Part shown: positions 48,701 to 63,340 of the stretch, one piece after another
Layout of the letters: each line of letters starts with the position of its first letter
How positions within the stretch are numbered: position 1 is the stretch's first letter
Assembly: GCF_006345805.1 (NCBI RefSeq)
Contig: NC_042997.1
Coordinates: 143,778,001 to 143,842,000, forward strand
From: Octopus sinensis
Taxonomy: Eukaryota
Direction of reading: 5' to 3'
DNA: 64,000 nt
The notes under the pieces: model-generated
The model's database searches: none
What the model saw: the letters and a program-made list of their open reading frames with translations, nothing else
What the model was told of the DNA's origin: nothing
Made by a program: the position numbers and the translations under genes

Positions 48701-48864
48701 ATTATTCTAGAATAAAACGACAGATATATTAAGATCAGTCGCTAACGATGAATTTATTTAGAACAATTCCTACTACTACTGCTACAACCACAACAGGTCA
48801 CTTGTAGGTCACTTGACCATTAAAGTTGATTGTACGGACAGTATCTACTTCTTTTTCTCCTCTT

Positions 48865-49942
48865 CCTTCTTCTTCTTCTTCTTCTTCTTCTTCTTCTCTT
48901 CTTCTTCTTCTTCTCTTCTTCTTCTTCAGTGCAGTTGGTATATTTGCAGCCGCTCTTCTCCTTTGCTTTGCACCCCGAAGCTTGTTAATGGTGGTTGCAA
49001 CAAAGTTTCTAATACCATTTTGACACAACGATCTCCATTTTGTTCGCTCAAAGCCGTTGTGAGCTATCTTCATTGCTAAGAGGTTACTCTTCAACTTGTC
49101 TTTATATCTGAGCCAACATAGTCGACCAACATACCTGTGCCCACTATCAAGCTGGTTGTACATGAGGACTTTGGGTATTCTTTCGTCACTCATTCTGATG
49201 ACCTGGCCAGTCCAACGCAATTGTAACTGCATAAGGAAGATCTCAATTGTACCAATCTTACACTTGTTAAACAGGTAGGCATTGGAAACTATCTTTTAAT
49301 GAATAACTGCAGATTGTCCTCAGACAGCCTTTGTGTCTAGTTGGTTAATGTGTCATCCATAGGGTATCCACGATTCTGAGCCATAGAAGAGAGTAGTAAG
49401 AATGGCAAATCTATAGACTTTTACATTGGTATCTAGTTTGAGGCCCTTTTCATTCCATAGGTGATGACGGAGTTTGCCAAATGTGTTGGTCGTCTTTGCA
49501 AGATGGTTGACAATTTCATCAAGAGAAGCGTTCAAATTCACTTTACTACCAAGATATGTAAATGACTTCACATAATTTAGGTTTTTCTCATCAACCTGTA
49601 TAGGAGTATCTGGAAAAAGTAGATCACGAATGATACTGGTGCGTGGGAGTGCTCTGGCTTTGAAACGCTGATGATTGAATAGGCCATCACTTGTTCGAAA
49701 CTGGAAGTTAACACCACATTGTATGTCGTCAAAAGCATACCTCAGCATCACTGAAAAGAAGAGTGCAAACAAAACAGGGTCCGTAACACAACCTTTCTTT
49801 GTGCCGTTTGTAACGTTGAAGGAAGCCGAAGATTCACCACCGGACAAGGCAGCAGTCTTCATTCCCTCATGAAAGGAAATAACATTCGACATCTTGTCAA
49901 GTATGCCAATCTTTTTCAGAACTTTCCATAGTGCTTGCCCGT
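48865..49942 (-). mobile_element. 5'-truncated RTE (BovB-like) LINE with (GAA)n tail
   Basis: LWKVLKKIG...FNVTNGTKKGCV..PVLFALFF...IRDLLF (ADD deleted)...FTYLGS...LFYGSESW; QLRWTGQVIRMSDERIPKVLMY. Confidence 0.92.
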
Positions 49943-49947
49943 TACAC

Positions 49948-50023
<76 letters not shown>

Positions 50024-52990
50024 AACATCAATACTTATATACAAGTACACATACACACGCGGGCAGTGATTTAGAAGTCTTTATCGTTTACTTGAGACAT
50101 AAAACTTACGTTTTCTTTTATCTTTGCTACTTTGTTCAGAGTATCTTTTGATATGCAGACACAGTCACAAAAACACAAAAATACACACAAACACACACAC
50201 GTATGTATGTATGTATGTATGTATGTATGTATGTATGTATGTATGTATGTATGTATGTATGTATGTATGTATGTATGTATGTATGTGCGTTAGTGTGTAA
50301 GAACACTGTCAATATCAAAAGATGAAATAGTATTTATTGGCAGTATATATAAGGAAATCATCTTCAATTGTCCAAGCATATCTAATATCGAGTTCAGCTG
50401 GCGGGGTGGTCCATATGACTGGCAGTACGAACAGCAGGGAAGTAGAGCACTTCTGGAAACCCTGATCCAAAAGCTATCAACAGGGGATTGGAGTTGTTGA
50501 AGTATAATCAATGCCATGAGGGAGAGAGGGTGAAGGTTGTGGTGAGACGATCTCAATACTCAGTTGGTACTTATTTTATTGATCCCGAAAGGATGAATGG
50601 CAAAGTCGACCTTGGCGGAATTTCAAATCAAAACGTAAAGACGGACGAAATGTTGCTAAACGTTTTGCCCGGCGGCGAATTTTTTTTCCCACGAGAGTTC
50701 CGGACCTCAGGTTTGAATCATTTGCATACAGGCAATCAGAGCTCAACTATCAAACTAATTTATGAGCGCATATGTGTTGGGCGATAAGATAAGGTCACTT
50801 GGATAAGAAATGACCATGCTTCTTTTCTATTTTAATAATGCTTGTTTACGTTCTGGTTTTAAATTCCGCTGAGGTCGACTTTGTCTTTCATCCTTTCGAG
50901 GTCGACAAATTAAGTACCAATTGGCCCTCTCCCCCAAAATTTCGGGCTTTTTGTCTGGAGTAGAAAAGAATAATGCTTGTTGTTTTTATTTTTTTTAACC
51001 ATGGCTGCCTCTGCGTAGTTATTAGTGTTGTTTACTTTGTAAAACAGTAAGGGGAGAGGGTTGCTAGCACAACCACAAAAGTCTCTAAACTAGTTATTGG
51101 CGGCACAAATTAGAATATTCCGACATTTAATTGCAGTTATATTATACAGAAGTGTACACATGTAGCTTAGTATAAGTAAAGAAAGTGAACAGGCGATAGC
51201 ACCATTTGGGTTTCCCAAATATTGAACAAAGCGAAAATTGTAATCATCTATACTATGTGGAAAGAAATGTAACTGTTAAAAAATATATTTCCTTGACAGT
51301 TACTGTGTTGCATTTTTTTTTTGCAGGTACAAGTATCATGCAACATAAAGCGAGGACGACATAACTGTCAGTTGTGATGACTAATCCAGTTAGCTTTACA
51401 GCAGACGTCATAGAGAAAGAACGTAAAGAGCTGTCAATTCGTCAGTGACGTACAAGTTTTTGTGAACAAACAAATCGCGAGTGATTTAGCTAAAACTTCA
51501 GAAGTCCAGCAAGGAAGCAAAAACTTTTCACCGTATAATGAAGACTTATGGTCTTGTAGTTCTGAGGCCGGTTACTAAATTTTTAGCCATTGGGTGGAAA
51601 TAGCATCTTTGCACGATAATTGTTCAAAGCTGGTTGGAGAAAGTTCTAACACGAATTAGGGCGTGCGTGCGTCCGACAGGCAGATATCTTGATTAAGGCA
51701 TGACAAAAGTTTTGTTCTGAAAAGGATTTTGTATAAAGTGATTTACAGTACTCTCTGATTTGTCTCGGATTTCTCCAGGAAAATGATTTTTTTTAAGAAT
51801 ACGATCAGCTACTTTACAACATTTGAAAGCAGACAAGAATAAAGTGTGCCTAATGGCTGTCGTTGATTGGTTGAAAACTCTACCTGTAAGCGTGTCTTGA
51901 GAAGACTGGTGACAGTAATAATAATAATTATCAGAATGTTTGGTATTGTGATGATGATGATGATGATGCAATAAATGAATAAACAAAAAGTATCACCGAT
52001 CGCCCATCCATACCTTTATTTTGATATAAGATTGCCATCTCATTTAAAACTTGATGACAAAGCAAATTTGAACAAAATTATGTTGTATCTAAGCATTAGG
52101 ATAATTCAGAATCAACAATCAAATTTTAATAGCAACGAACACCAATTATTTGCAATACCAAATTTATTTAGATAATTGACTCCATGTTTTCTAAAGATAC
52201 GGATATGTTGACATTCTGTTTAAAAAGGAAATTGCCAAGAGTAGTGATGTTATAGAAAACTTTAGCAATTAGAGAAAATATTATTTGTGGCAGTGCGGTG
52301 GATAGATTTTCGGTATTACAACAAGTGTTACGAATATCTTACAACAGGAATAGCTGTTGTTAATTGTATTTATATTAAATAGCCTATTATATTTATTATA
52401 TATCGGTAATTGAAAAGTCTCCAGCTTGTACGGCAACGGATATTTACGCTGAACGAAGGTTAAATCATAGAATATGTCTTGATCAGGTTTATGTTCGAAG
52501 ACGTTAATGCGATTTGTGTATTGGATTATATCTATTACGAATTGAAGTACTGGACATAAACCTCATCCGATGATAAAGTAGCCATACGATCATTAATACT
52601 GAATACTATCATAGATATCTTAATGTATAAGAGGTTCAAATTCTTGTTTATACCAAATAATATTTCATTTAGGTTTCTTATATGGGTAACGTTTGTGTTT
52701 GAATATACGTGACATATGGTCTAGTGACTAGGGTGCTACACTTACAACTGCGAGATTGTGGTTTCAATTCATAAACCCAATAGTGCATTTTGATATTGAG
52801 CAAAACACTTCATTTCTCGTTGATCCACGATCGCTTCGACACCTGACAAGTGGTACACAATACACCTATCCCTTGTGATGATGTACGGCACATACATGTG
52901 ATCACAATAAACAAATCATTTGTGCAGGTCGTTCGGCAAAAACTGAACAGGCTTACGTCATCTTCGACGGAGGAGTCCATCATATACATG

Positions 52991-53078
<88 letters not shown>

Positions 53079-53081
<3 letters not shown>

Positions 53082-55608
53082 GGAATTTACAAAAAAAAAA
53101 ACAAAACAAAAGACGCAGATGGGTGTGTAAACAACAAACAGATGTATTAGTTTAACGCTCGAGAATTTTACGTTTCGATTCTACGCTGTTCTACAGACAG
53201 GGACACAGATATAAGTAGAGAGAGAAAAAAAAAGGTTTTGTTGTTAGCGATCAATCATGGCGAATGCCGGACAGAGGTGGTCAGAGAGCTAGAAAGAAGG
53301 GGAGATGAAAAAAGTAGTGGTGATCCCAAAACGTTGGTGCGCGTGCGTGTGTTTGTGAGAGCGTGTATGTGCATGTGGATAGGGACTGGTGACCTTGACG
53401 TGTGCGTGTGTGCAGTGCATGTGTGTGTGGATGATGATGTGGACTCTAGGAAGTGGTTAGTACTAGTGTGTGCGTCGTGGTGTGATGTGTGGTGTAGCAT
53501 GGTGGTGCTGATGTGGTGTGTGGTATGGTGGTGTTTGGGTGGCGGGAGGCGAGAGTGGAGAGAAGAAAGGGTGAGGTGTGGGTTGGGATGAGGGTGGAGT
53601 AGGGAAGGAGTATGTGGGGTGGGTGTGAGAAGGAGTGCAGTGTGTGGGAGTGGAATGTATGGGATGGGGTGGGGTGAGATGGGATGTATAGGGATGGTGG
53701 TGTAGGGGTGGGGTAACGATGGAGGGGTGAGAATGAAGAAAGAGGGTAAAAGGAGAAGGTGGGTTGGAGTGAAGAGAGGAAGTAAGTATCAGAGCAAGAG
53801 AGGAGAGGTGGGTGAGAGTGAAGGGAGGAAATAGGTGTGAGAGGAAGGGAGGAGAGAGGAGGGGTTAGATGAAGAGGGGAGTAGAGTTGAGCCCATGTGT
53901 CGTAAAGGAGCGAAGAGAGAAGATTAATTCCTGGTCACGGCGAAGACGGGAGTCCGGATGGCCCCTGTGCAAGGACAATTCGAACACAGACAGGTGTTGT
54001 AAAGAATGACTGGTAGAGCAGAAATGGCGCGAAACCGGAGTGTCGTTGCCGAGTCTGATGTCTCGGACGTGTTCCGCGAACCGGTCAGCCAAGCGGCATC
54101 CCGTTTGACCGATGTACAGAGAAGGACAGCGAGAGTAGGAGATGCAGTAGATGACGTTGCTAGAAGTGCAGGTGAAGAAGTCAGTGATATGATAGGGTCC
54201 ATGATGGGTGTCGGTGAGGATGGTGGTGTTGGAAATGTAAGGGCAAGTGTAGCAGCGTGGGCGGTAGCAGGGGAACGAGCCGGGTTAGGAGGTTGGGTTA
54301 GGGAAAAAACTGTGGACTATGAGATCACGTAGGTTGTGGGCTCATTTGAAGGAGGGGGTCGGTTGGGGAAGATGTGCGAAGTGGAGAAGTCGAACTGGAG
54401 TCGCCGGAAGGCTCGGAGAAGGGTGGGTTGGAGAGTTAGGGTGGAGGGGTGGTAGGCGAGGGGAAATGGGGACGGGTGACGGCGTGGCGGGTGCGGGTGG
54501 AGAGAGCAGATGCACGGGCCACGGAACGTGCTCTGGCAAGGAGGTGTGGATAGTGGTGAGGGGATATCCACATAGGATGAAGTGGCGAGCCATGAGTTGA
54601 GACTGAATCACAAAGTTATAGATGTCACTGTAGAGCCTGCGCAGACGGAGAAATTGAGAATAGGGGATGGAGAGCTTGGTATGTTTAAGGTGGAAGAAGG
54701 AGAAGTTGAAGTATGAGTGTGAGTCTGTGTGTTTGTAGTGGATGGTGTTGAGGGTGGAGTGATGAATGCTGACCGCAATGTTGAGAAAGGTGACGGAAGT
54801 GTCGGAAATATTGCAGGAGAAGTGGCGGGCAGGATGGAAAGATTGGACAAAACAGAGGAAGGAGTCTAGTTGTTCGCGGGAGAGTGAGGTCGCACCGATA
54901 CAATCGTCAATATAACGACCGTATAGTTCAGAAGTGGGACCAGTGAAACTGGAGAATATTTGGGTCTCAACGTAGCCAACGAACAGGTTCGCATAGTTGG
55001 GGGTCCATTCTCGTTCCCGTGGCCCTCCTGAGAAATGTTGGTAAAAATCACCCGCGAACGAGAAGCAGTTAAGAGAGAGAACAAGTTCGGCTAGACGAAG
55101 AAATGTGGATGTGTAAGGTTGTGGGGTTGGGTAGGAGGTCCAGGTAGTGTTGGAGTGCACGAAGACCCTCGTGGTGAGGGATCACCATGTATAGACTCTT
55201 GATGTCAAGAGTGAATAGAAGTTTAGAGGCGTCAGGAGAAAAAAAAGAAAGAGTTGAACAAACGAAGAGCATGGTTGGTGTCATGGATGTGCGAAGGGAG
55301 GGAAACCACTAAGGGGGCAAAGACACGGTTAAGATATCTGGAGATAAGTTCGATAGGGCAGTTGCAGGTGGAGACGGTGAGGCGGCCAGGGTTGTTAGGT
55401 TTGTGGATTTTGGGGAGGAAGTAAATTGTGGTGAGAGGGGTGTGGCCAATGAGGATGGAGGCGGTAGGGAGAGACAGGAGGTCATGGATAGTGGAGGACA
55501 CCGTCTGTTGGTAGCTGGGCGTGGGGTTGGAGGGCAGAGGGCAGTAGACGGAGGGTTCTTGAAGTTGGCAGAGAGCTTCGGCCTTGTAGAGGTCCGCTTC
55601 ACCATTGT
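53079..55608 (-). mobile_element. Decayed Penelope-like retroelement (RT + GIY-YIG, 3' UTR, hammerhead relic)
   Basis: Frameshifted LPKIHKPNNPGR, TLDIKSLY, LVLSLNCFSF, PNYANLF, GRYIDD, YKHTDSHSY, IPYSQFLRLRR; GIY-YIG NVIYCI...LYIGQT...RFAEH...HGLN; relic CTGTAGA...GAAACGTA at about 53167-53200. Confidence 0.93.
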
Positions 55609-56709
55609 AGGCCGGTTTTATGATGATGTCTTACACCAACACCGGTTTTCAAGCGGTGGTAGGAAACAAACAAAGAAACAAAGACATACACATACACACA
55701 AACACAAAAACACATACACACAAACACAAAAACACATACACACAAACACAAAAACACATACACACGAACACACAACGGGCTTTTTCAGTTTCCGTCTACC
55801 AAAAGACTTATATACATACATATGTTTGTGTGTGTGTGTGTGTACACGCATATGCACGCGTGCGCACAGACATACTCGCGCGCACATATATATACATATA
55901 TATTCCTCCTTTGTAACGTGCATTTTCCCGTACTACAAATCTGAATGAGGGAGTGATAGAGATAGGGGAGAAAAAGAGAAGGAGGGAGTGAAAGGGGGAC
56001 AAAGCGATGAAACGACTTAGTGATAGAATACGAATCTAAGAATTCACGGTGGCTTATTGTGACGACTTGCAAATAGCCACGCAATAATTCACAAGGTGGG
56101 TTTTAAGCGGTTGGCTAACCGTCTAAATATACATTAGTACATTAGGCAATTTAGTTCTAAATATACAAATCATAAAAACAATGGTTATGACTGCGACGCC
56201 TTTCAGAATAGGCTTGTTCGACAAAGGCTGATTGGGGGGGGGACCCAAATAGCAATAGAAGAGACATGGTTTATTTATTGATACCACATTTCATTACGTC
56301 ACTACTAGCTACTGATATGTAGTTTAACCAGTCTTGATGACATCTGCTTGGTTAGCAAGTTCTTCTCTCATCCGATGAGCCGTCTCCTCCCAGTCACTTC
56401 TAATTCTGCTATAACGTACCCTTCTCTTTGGAACTAGCAAGATGTTTGTTACCCTTACCCAAGCTCTCAATCAATTCAAATTCTTTCTTTCTTTGAGCAG
56501 CTCACACTACTATAGTTTAGAATTTCTACAATCTACTCAGATTTCTCTTATAGGCATAAACTTGCAGAAATCCAACTGAATATAAATTGCATTGGTCTTC
56601 TAGAAGATCCGGCAAAGGCTGTGAATTTTATGTATCATGTTCCTTTTCGTTTCCTTGGAGTAAATATTGGTCCATTTGTTTTTTGTTTTCTCGAACTATG
56701 CCACTGGGC

Positions 56710-56900
56710 TGGCATTTTAAGGGAGGGGGAAGTCGGTTACATCAACCCCAGTACTTAACTGGTACTTCATTTTATGGACATCTAAAAGATGAAAGGCAAA
56801 GTTGACCTCGGCGGTTTTTGAACTCGGAACGTAAAGAACAAAGGAAAATGCCTGTAAGTATTTTGCCTCATGCATTAACGACTCTACCAGCTCGTCGTCT
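56710..56900 (-). mobile_element. SINE family A (other partial copies near 12945, 16125, 29925, 30155, 32650, 50555 and 50845)
   Basis: GATGAAAGGCAAAGTTGACCTCGGCGG motif. Confidence 0.75.
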
Positions 56901-57310
56901 TCCTGCCGAGTAAATAATTACTCAAGTGTCTAGGTTATTGTCGATGTATTATTGCGTGGTCAGTCTTAATTTAAAAACTGGCCATTGAAAGCGTGGGAGT
57001 AGCTTTATTTATTGACGTCATGCTGTAGTCAAAATTCTTGTGTAGTTCACTCATTGATTTAACGTTTGATTTGATAATTATCGACGTGCCTTCTGGTTAT
57101 TGGTGAAACCTCTTTCAGTCATTGATGACGTATGATATTTTTATTTGTTTGTTACATTTTGCTTGTTGACGTTGCTCTATCAGTATTGTTAATTTGCTTA
57201 TTTGTCAAAAGTGAAAAAAAACAACACAAAACAAAACAAAAAAATAAAACGGGGAAACTGGATTTTGTATTAAAGTAATTCAATGACTGTAACCTACTAT
57301 GAATAGTGGA

Positions 57311-57572
57311 GGCGCGTGGCTTCGTGGTTAGGGTGTCAGCATCATGATCATAAGATTGTGGTTTCGATTCCTGGACCGGGCGATGCCTTGTGTTCTTTAG
57401 CAAAACACACCCTTTCACGTTGCTCCAGTCCACTCAGCTGGCAAAAATGAGTAACGCTGCGATGGACTGGCGTCCCGTCCAGCTAGGGAACACATACGCC
57501 ATTGAAACCGAGAAACCGGGCCCATGAGCCTGGCTAGGCTTTAAAAGGGCGCATTTATTTATTTATTTATTT
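57311..57572 (+). mobile_element. SINE family C with (ATTT)n tail
   Basis: tRNA-like head; TSD TAACCTACT(A/C)TGAA at about 57290 and 57572. Confidence 0.9.
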
Positions 57573-58101
57573 AACCTACTCTGAAATTAGTAAGTATTAG
57601 GCCTTGAACCTCCAAGTCAATTTTAACAGCATCATAAATATCTTATAATTGTCACACATACACAGTATATATATAGATATATAATGAAATATTATACAAT
57701 ATAATATATGGCGTGGATGTGTGATAAGAAGCTTGCTTCCCAATCAGTCCCACAGCGTGGCACCTTGGGCAAGTATCTTCTACCATAGCTTAGGGCCTTT
57801 TAAAACCTTGCGAGTGGATTTGTTAAACTGAAACTAAACGAAGCCTGTCGTATATCTATGCGTATATATTTGTGTTCTAACAACAGATAGACAAAAAGCA
57901 ACAAAGCTGATCATGTGATTTGTTTCATAATCTGAAGTATTTATAAGAGAGTCTCTTAAGAATATCGTCGTCGTCAGCGTCGACTCATATCTGAATAGTA
58001 GATCTGTATCCAGTGATTGATCTTCTTCATCCTAGTGGATGCGGAGGGTGCCGGTATCTAAGCTGGCTGTTCAGGCAAAGGGCGGTATAGAAGAACCGAA
58101 A

Positions 58102-58332
58102 GGCGGCGAGCTGGCAGAAACGTTAGCACGCCGGGCGAAATGCGTAGCCGTATTTCGTCTGCCGTTACGTTCTGAGTTCAACTTCCGCCGAGGTCGACTT
58201 TGCTTTTCATCCTTTCGGGGTCGATTAAATAAGTACCAGTTATGCACTGGGGTCGATGTAATCGACTTAATCCGTTTGTCTGTCCTTGTTTGTCCCCTCT
58301 GTGTTTAGCCCCTTGTGGGTAGTAAAGAAATA
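58102..58332 (+). mobile_element. SINE family A
   Basis: Near-consensus; TSD GGTATAGAAGAACCG at 58084-58098 and 58333-58347. Confidence 0.95.
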
Positions 58333-59299
58333 GGTATAGAAGAACCGGGTACATATATCGCAGAGGAGAGTTGGTGAGTGACGAAGAAATGCTAGTCGTT
58401 CTTTAAGTTTTCGGCGTCTGGTCTCTGCCTCTTGACTTCTATTATTTCCCATCGGGTCTGTTACCTCGACGATGACATAATCAGCTAGTTTGTGGAGAAA
58501 AGTAAGGGTTAAAACATTGTTGCTTTATCATTGGCATACGAAAAATGAATAAGCGAGAACTAGGGATCGAAACCCGGAGTATAGAATCAGTTCACCGAGA
58601 TCTTGGTTGCTAGGTTACGGTGACAGATGGTTTAACTTAAGGCGGCAAGTTGTTAGTGAGTAACAGAAAGGAAATGCCTGTCTGAGACTGACTACTATAG
58701 ACTGCATGATATAAAACTTACTCCTCGTCCCCATCGCTCAAAAGTAACAAAGGGCTTTCACTAGGAAATTAATAATGGCATTCATATGCAAATGTTGCGC
58801 ACAGTTGTAAGGAAAGTCATATCACGGGACAGTTGAGATTTATTATTTTGTATTTCAACGTGATGCATTTGATACTGCGGTCATGACCTGCTTACAATTC
58901 AATGATTAAGAACTAGCATTCGATCCGCTAGAGAGATTTTATAGTTTAAAAGTTGTTCTTTTTATTAGCATGGAAAGTTGATTACAAATAGCAATAAAAA
59001 TAACAGTTTCGGCAGCAACAAGAGATTTGTTTCATGCGATTAAACACATGAATCTTAGGCGTCATCACTAAAATATGTACTATTAAACATAAAATCTCTA
59101 TATTGTTATGTTATTTTGTTTCTAATAACTATTTTATTAATGTCTATTAATAGCATTAAAAAGCCGGATTACTTTCTGACCTTCATCCTACCCCGTATGT
59201 ACTATTAACGTGTAAATCACGAATTTTAGGCACCTCTTGGGATACAAATATGTAATAATTTATCTGCAAACTCACCTTCGTTCTCCAAGCCCTAAATTC

Positions 59300-59545
59300 C
59301 AACTTTAGAAATACATCATGTTTATTCCCGTAGAACCCACTATCAGTATTACTACCATCTCTTATCTGGATATCAAAATTGCTTTGACTAAAAATCTCAG
59401 AGTTCATTTGCTGTCTTTATCGCTCTCCAAAATCTCCAGCAATCAGCGTCTAACTGCCTGCTGTCCTGTATTGAGGACGACCCCCTTTAACGCTTTCTGA
59501 AGTAATCGTTCTCAGCGACTTCAGATTACACAGCAGTTCTTCTTG
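59300..59545 (+). mobile_element. Very degenerate CR1/L2-like RT fragment
   Basis: ISYLDIKIA(F)D-like motif and AFL.(S)NRSQR with frameshifts. Confidence 0.45.
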
Positions 59546-60043
59546 GCTTCTCCTACTGTCCATCCACTTTGTCTTTGCTAATACAAGGGCAGTATATTTT
59601 ATTTTTTAAACTGCTTCCACATATTACTATTTTCACTTTCTGTATCCCTTATTATCACACTCACTCGCTTGACCTCCTTCATATTTCTAAGCTAATCTTT
59701 AACTCAACTGCCATCGCATAATCACTTCATATTGAAGGCAAATCACCTCACATGGCAGTACGTGCTCGAATCAATTGCTACTTCCGAGCAACTTACATGT
59801 CGGAGCTTAGTCAAATCTATATTAAGTGCGGTAGTAGCGAATATGTTCGCATCTTATCCATCTAGTAAGATTAAGTGCATAACCAATATTCTCTTCTTGT
59901 AAAATATGCACATTAAAAAAAGAGAATTAAAGGTGGAGCAGAGAGGGCGGACGTTTTTGAAAAGTTCACAAAATCATTAATTTTAGCTGCAAACAAATTT
60001 CATTGACATCAGTGTGTTTGTATTGAATTAGCATTTGTCAAAA

Positions 60044-60525
60044 TTAAGTGTGGGAAGCAACGTCCATCATGTGGTGCCCGTTTTCATTGATGCATTTCTG
60101 AAGGCGTCTTTGGAAGTTGGTCTCCACTCTCTCCAGCACTGCTCTGTCGATTTGGGCGATTTGCACGCGAATAGCTTCCTTCAAATCGTCCAATTCACGG
60201 GGCTTGAGGTTTCCCCATATGAAATAATCAAACAGGGGCAAATCAGGGGACCGACGGGGCCAAGGAATGTCAGTAAACCTGGAAATGAGGCGGTTACCGA
60301 AGAGATGGCCAAGAACGTCCATTGATGCTCTGGCTGTGTGGGTACGTCGAATAGCCATACGTTTTCATCGTAATTCAGGCACAAAGAAGTTGTTCATTAT
60401 CTCGCTGTAACGCACGGAGTTCACAGTAACAGCATTTCCATTATTGTCTTTAAAAAGTAAGGACCAATGACGGCAGCTTTTCTAGCAGCACACCAGACCG
60501 TCACTTTTGGGCCGTGCAGTGGTCT
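60044..60525 (-). mobile_element. Tc1/mariner-superfamily transposase fragment
   Basis: PLHGPKVTVWCA...IGPYF, TVNSVRY, HTARAS...RLISRFTDIPWPRRSPDL..FDYFIWGNLK. Confidence 0.85.
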
Positions 60526-60784
60526 ATCTATCCATCTACAATCGCGCGCACGCACACACATACATTATACCACGCCCTCCACACACACACACACACATAT
60601 ACACACAAATAGGAAAAAGAAATGACAAAAGAGAAAGATGGTTATGATACGAACTTCCGTTGTTTATAGTTGTTTCTGCTATACAATGCAGCGGACTCAA
60701 AGTTGAGTACCTGAATAACATTGTATAGCTTCATGTATGTATGTATGTATATATGTATGTGTATATGTATGCGCATATGTATGT

Positions 60785-61380
60785 CATCGTTCAGTTTTAT
60801 TTCAAGATTACTTGCCAATAGAGAACGAGCCAGTTTCTAACCTAGATTCAACACCAACAACAGGTTATTTTTGTTTGTATGTATCTATGTATATGTGCAT
60901 TTTGTATGTTTTGCTTTATGTATGTATTCTCATGCATATAGTTGCATATCTAAACATGCTCATATATATTTAAATGATAAACTTCTGGAAAGTTTTACAG
61001 ATTTTTACAGTTCCAATGATGGATTGGATCTGTAGTCTTCGAATTAGCTTTCTCCTTTCTGGTTTTGAGAAGCCTAATTTCTCCAAATTGGTATTCAGGC
61101 AGTGTGTTACATATTCCATTGCCCCAATAGTTACAGATATAAACCTGAAATTGTAATCTGGATAGAGTAACTGCAGATTTCTCAATAGTTCAGTGTCGGT
61201 GTTCTATTTTTCACTGATCTTCAGCTTGATGTTAACATCCGTTGGGCAGCTAATTTGCACAAGTATGCACAGTTTCCCTTCTCTATCCTAAATCATTATA
61301 TCAGGTCTGTTTTATTGAACTCTTCACTGCGACATTCCACCAGTACTCCTTTTTATTATGAGTGGCTATGGCTTCTACCG
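60785..61380 (-). mobile_element. 3' fragment of an RLE-type (R4-like) non-LTR element between (TATG)n tracts
   Basis: ISCPTDVNIKLKISEK...ELLRNLQLLYPDYNFRFISVTIGA...GTVKICKTF, then a 3' UTR. Confidence 0.75.
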
Positions 61381-61440
61381 GGAGTATGTATGTATGTATG
61401 TATGTATGTATGTATGTATGTATGTATGTATGTATGTATG

Positions 61441-62200
<760 letters not shown>

Positions 62201-63194
62201 TATATATATATATTATATATATATATATATCATGTGTATAGAAACTGTTTGAGCAATAATATAAATATGATTTACATATTTTCTGGTGGCGCACGTGATA
62301 AGATTCGTTAATGGGTTTTGATTAATAGGGGATAGAGAAATGGAATGTGATAGAATATACTTCCTAATGCTTTTAGAGCTTAATGAGGAAACTCTTACGG
62401 TCTTGCATGGCCTGCTAAGAATAGCAGCCGAATCTCCAATCATATTGTATTATTTTCAAAAAAAAAAAAGAAAAGGGTAACATATTTGATAATATGTTCT
62501 AGGGTACACTAAGTGTTGTCAGGTCACTTGTGAGATCTCTCATGAATAATTCTGGTAACATGGAATCCAGTACAACATGTTGCATGTTTGGGTCGTTGGC
62601 AACTAAACCGACACACCGCCACTAAGAGCTGTTAAGACGGAAGATGAACCTAGTGTAGGTTTAACGATTATCTGGCAATAGCACGATCCCTCAGAAATTC
62701 CGAGTTGGTGATCGGCATGTTGTAAGACGACTAGGAATAAGGCACTCTTTAGCTTTTGTTAAAGCTTGTCTCTAGAATCCGCTATAGATATCACTGTCTC
62801 AAAGTAAATATGCGAAATACTCCGAACATGAACTCTACACATCAACACCGACGCCCTTGTTCTTTCTGTGGGACATTTGTTACAGCCTCGACTGCCGCCG
62901 ACCATCGGATGAAGTCAGCATTTGTGAGGAATGTGGTGAAGTCGGTGGTCAGAACCTGCTCAACCCATCCCAGGAGGTGAATGACGCCGCAATTACAAGT
63001 AAGCAAGGTACACCAAGAAAAGCGCTAGTTGTCACTTGTGAAAGAGAACGGTTAGGTTAACATGTATCATGTTTCTGCTATTTGTTTTAGGTGATTGTGT
63101 AGTCACGAACACACACAAACGCGATCTTGATTCTCTCGCTATTTGACCTATAAACATCCAGGATTTGACAAATGGAGAAAGTGATGGGTGCACT

Positions 63195-63340
63195 CGGGTG
63201 GTACTCATTTTCAGCTGAGTTGAACAATGTGAAATGAAATGCTTTGCTCTAGGACACACCACATCGCCGGGTCGTCCGGGAATTGAGACCACAACTTTAT
63301 GATCGCGAGCCGAACACACTAACCTCTTGGCTGCATACCT
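63195..63340 (-). mobile_element. SINE family C fragment
   Basis: ACTCATTTT-CAGCTGAGT...GGACAC motif. Confidence 0.7.

Noticed and set aside
54342-55160. 272-aa ORF as a host gene or active RT
   Set aside because: Piece of a multiply frameshifted Penelope-like ORF.
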